From the NCBI RefSeq assembly GCF_048593235.1, contig NC_133620.1, positions 346,595,765 through 346,659,764 of the forward strand: a stretch of DNA of 64,000 bases, given 5' to 3'. Position numbers and translations under genes: made by a program. Under the pieces are notes generated by a model. The model ran no database searches and was not told the origin of the DNA. It was given only the letters and a program-made list of their open reading frames with translations. This document shows, piece by piece, positions 62,431-64,000 of this stretch. The stretch is from Sminthopsis crassicaudata. Its lineage: Eukaryota. The first letter of the stretch is position 1. Every line of letters starts with the position of its first letter.

Positions 62431-64000
62431 CTGTCAATGTCTTTTACATCTTCTCAATCATATCTTTATTGGGAATATGTAGCAAGAAATTTTTTCAATG
62501 CCCTTTGGATCATCTGAAATTCTGGTTGTTTGGGGATTTCATGTTCTATTGTAGCTGTATAGCATTGCTAAGAGAACATTGCTATTGAAGAAATGGATTA
62601 TTATGACAAGTGACTTGCGATTATTGAAGATAACATTTATGTTCCTGAATGTGAGAAATTAGTTGTCACTGGTATATGTGAATTATGGAAATAGAACCAT
62701 ACAAAATAGTTGTGCCCTTGTAACAATTTAAAAGTATGTACTACATTGCTTATATTTCCAAGTATTTAATTTGTTCTCTGCTTTACTACCTTTCTGACAG
62801 TTAATGAAAAATCTTGCTCGAAAGTTGTAGGTCCCTTGAGGGCAACAAACACTATATACTCAGAGTGAAACTGGGTTACTGTTTCTGCAAAGTGCAGTGG
62901 TTTGAATCAAAAGTTGTTTTGGTCTTAATTTAGAAATTATCCCCTTTCTTTGAAGTGGTCATATTTTAATTTTAGTGGTTATTTAAAGTTTTAGAATGTT
63001 ACTAAAGTGAACAAGAAAAAATTTAATATCTATAAAATAGTAATATAGAATTTTGTAGGGGGAAAAAAACTGGCAGACAACTTCTAAAATAAGAAAAAGT
63101 GAAATAGTCCTGTTTTAAGATGCATAGGTATTTTGAAGCTAATCTAGGAAGACTTCCCATCTGAAGTTGATTTTGAGTAAATGAATCCCAGAATTAATTC
63201 CTTCTTTTCAAGTTATTAGAGCTTGTCACATTCCTATATTTTGAGATATATGCTAATTGTTTTATATTCTGTTCAAGTGTTATAATTTTATTTTGTATAA
63301 TCTGATAGTCAAACTACATCAATATGCTTCACTCTCTGTTTATTAAGACTGTTTATAAAGTAAGCACCATTTTTTCATTTAATAAACATTTGTTAAATAT
63401 CTACTCTATGTCGGGTGTTGTACTAGGTGCTAAGGATACTCAAATGAAACTGACCTCACCGATTTACCTACAGCACTGTAGATAAAAATCCATTGATATA
63501 ACCTTATCCTGTGTAATCCTTGTCCATATTCTTCTAAAAGTTTGACACAGGGTCTCCATGCCTCATCCTTTCCTGACAATCTCAAAGATACCAATAGAGC
63601 ACTCTACCATCATTCTTCATTTTTGGCCCATGACCAACCCATCTTCCTATCACACTGTTCTTAGGAGTTCCTTGTGGATTATATGACTGTCTCACATTCA
63701 CCATGAGATGGCATTCTGTCTCCACTGACCTTTTGGTGATACTTTAGTTCTACAGAGATAGAGATTTTCTATATCTCATGGCCATAGAGCAATATCAGTA
63801 AAATATCAATATTTGAAAAGAGGCCTTTACTATTATGGGAAGATAGGGGTCAATAAAAGAGATTTTCAGTTTCCTGAATATGGTACAGTTCATATTTCTC
63901 CTATTCAGCACTGGTCCCACCTTATTCCCTATATCTCCTGTCTGTTCAATATACATATTGTTGGATAATCTCTAGAATATTCATTCAAATTCATATTGAA

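Larger units (their letters stand above)
41506..64000 (+). other. Probable long first intron (over 22 kb), no convincing exon 2 in the window
   Basis: Consensus donor at 41506; AT-rich, visibly T-rich on + strand, L1/L2 copies mostly antisense. Confidence 0.7.

Noticed and set aside
1-64000. CRISPR arrays, tRNA/rRNA/snRNA genes, viral ORFs
   Set aside because: No regular repeat-spacer pattern; tRNA-like A/B boxes occur only in SINE heads; no gag/pol/env or other viral translation seen.

Overview
Mammalian genomic DNA, AT-rich and strongly CpG-depleted, with two short N gaps. The repeat content (WSINE1-type, Mar1 and MIR CORE-SINEs, marsupial L1 3' ends, L2, Tigger1- and Charlie1-type transposons) points to a marsupial, probably Australian; the species cannot be fixed from sequence. 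The main functional landmark is a CpG-island promoter at about 40.8-41.9 kb. It has two NRF1 palindromes, a CGCG element, (GGC)8 and a G4 motif in the 5' leader, and a + strand first exon with a strong-Kozak ATG (MDRGGGGGGGAGGRP) ending at a GTGAGT donor at 41506. The remaining 22 kb looks like intron 1, and I cannot name the gene. The first 40 kb is mostly a repeat mosaic, with a second GC/CpG-enriched patch at 14.6-15.3 kb, a CpG-retaining enhancer-like region at 34.5-35.8 kb, and some weak candidate exons. I found no new multi-gene system, CRISPR array or structural RNA gene. The most unusual signals are retrotransposon structures with visible target-site duplications (TSDs): a fold-back L1-in-L1 centred on AGGCCT, a tail-less internal L1 RT fragment, a stop-free young L1 with extra 3' sequence, and a young SINE subfamily. 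Repeat family names are from recall of consensus sequences, not a database search. Boundaries without TSDs are approximate.
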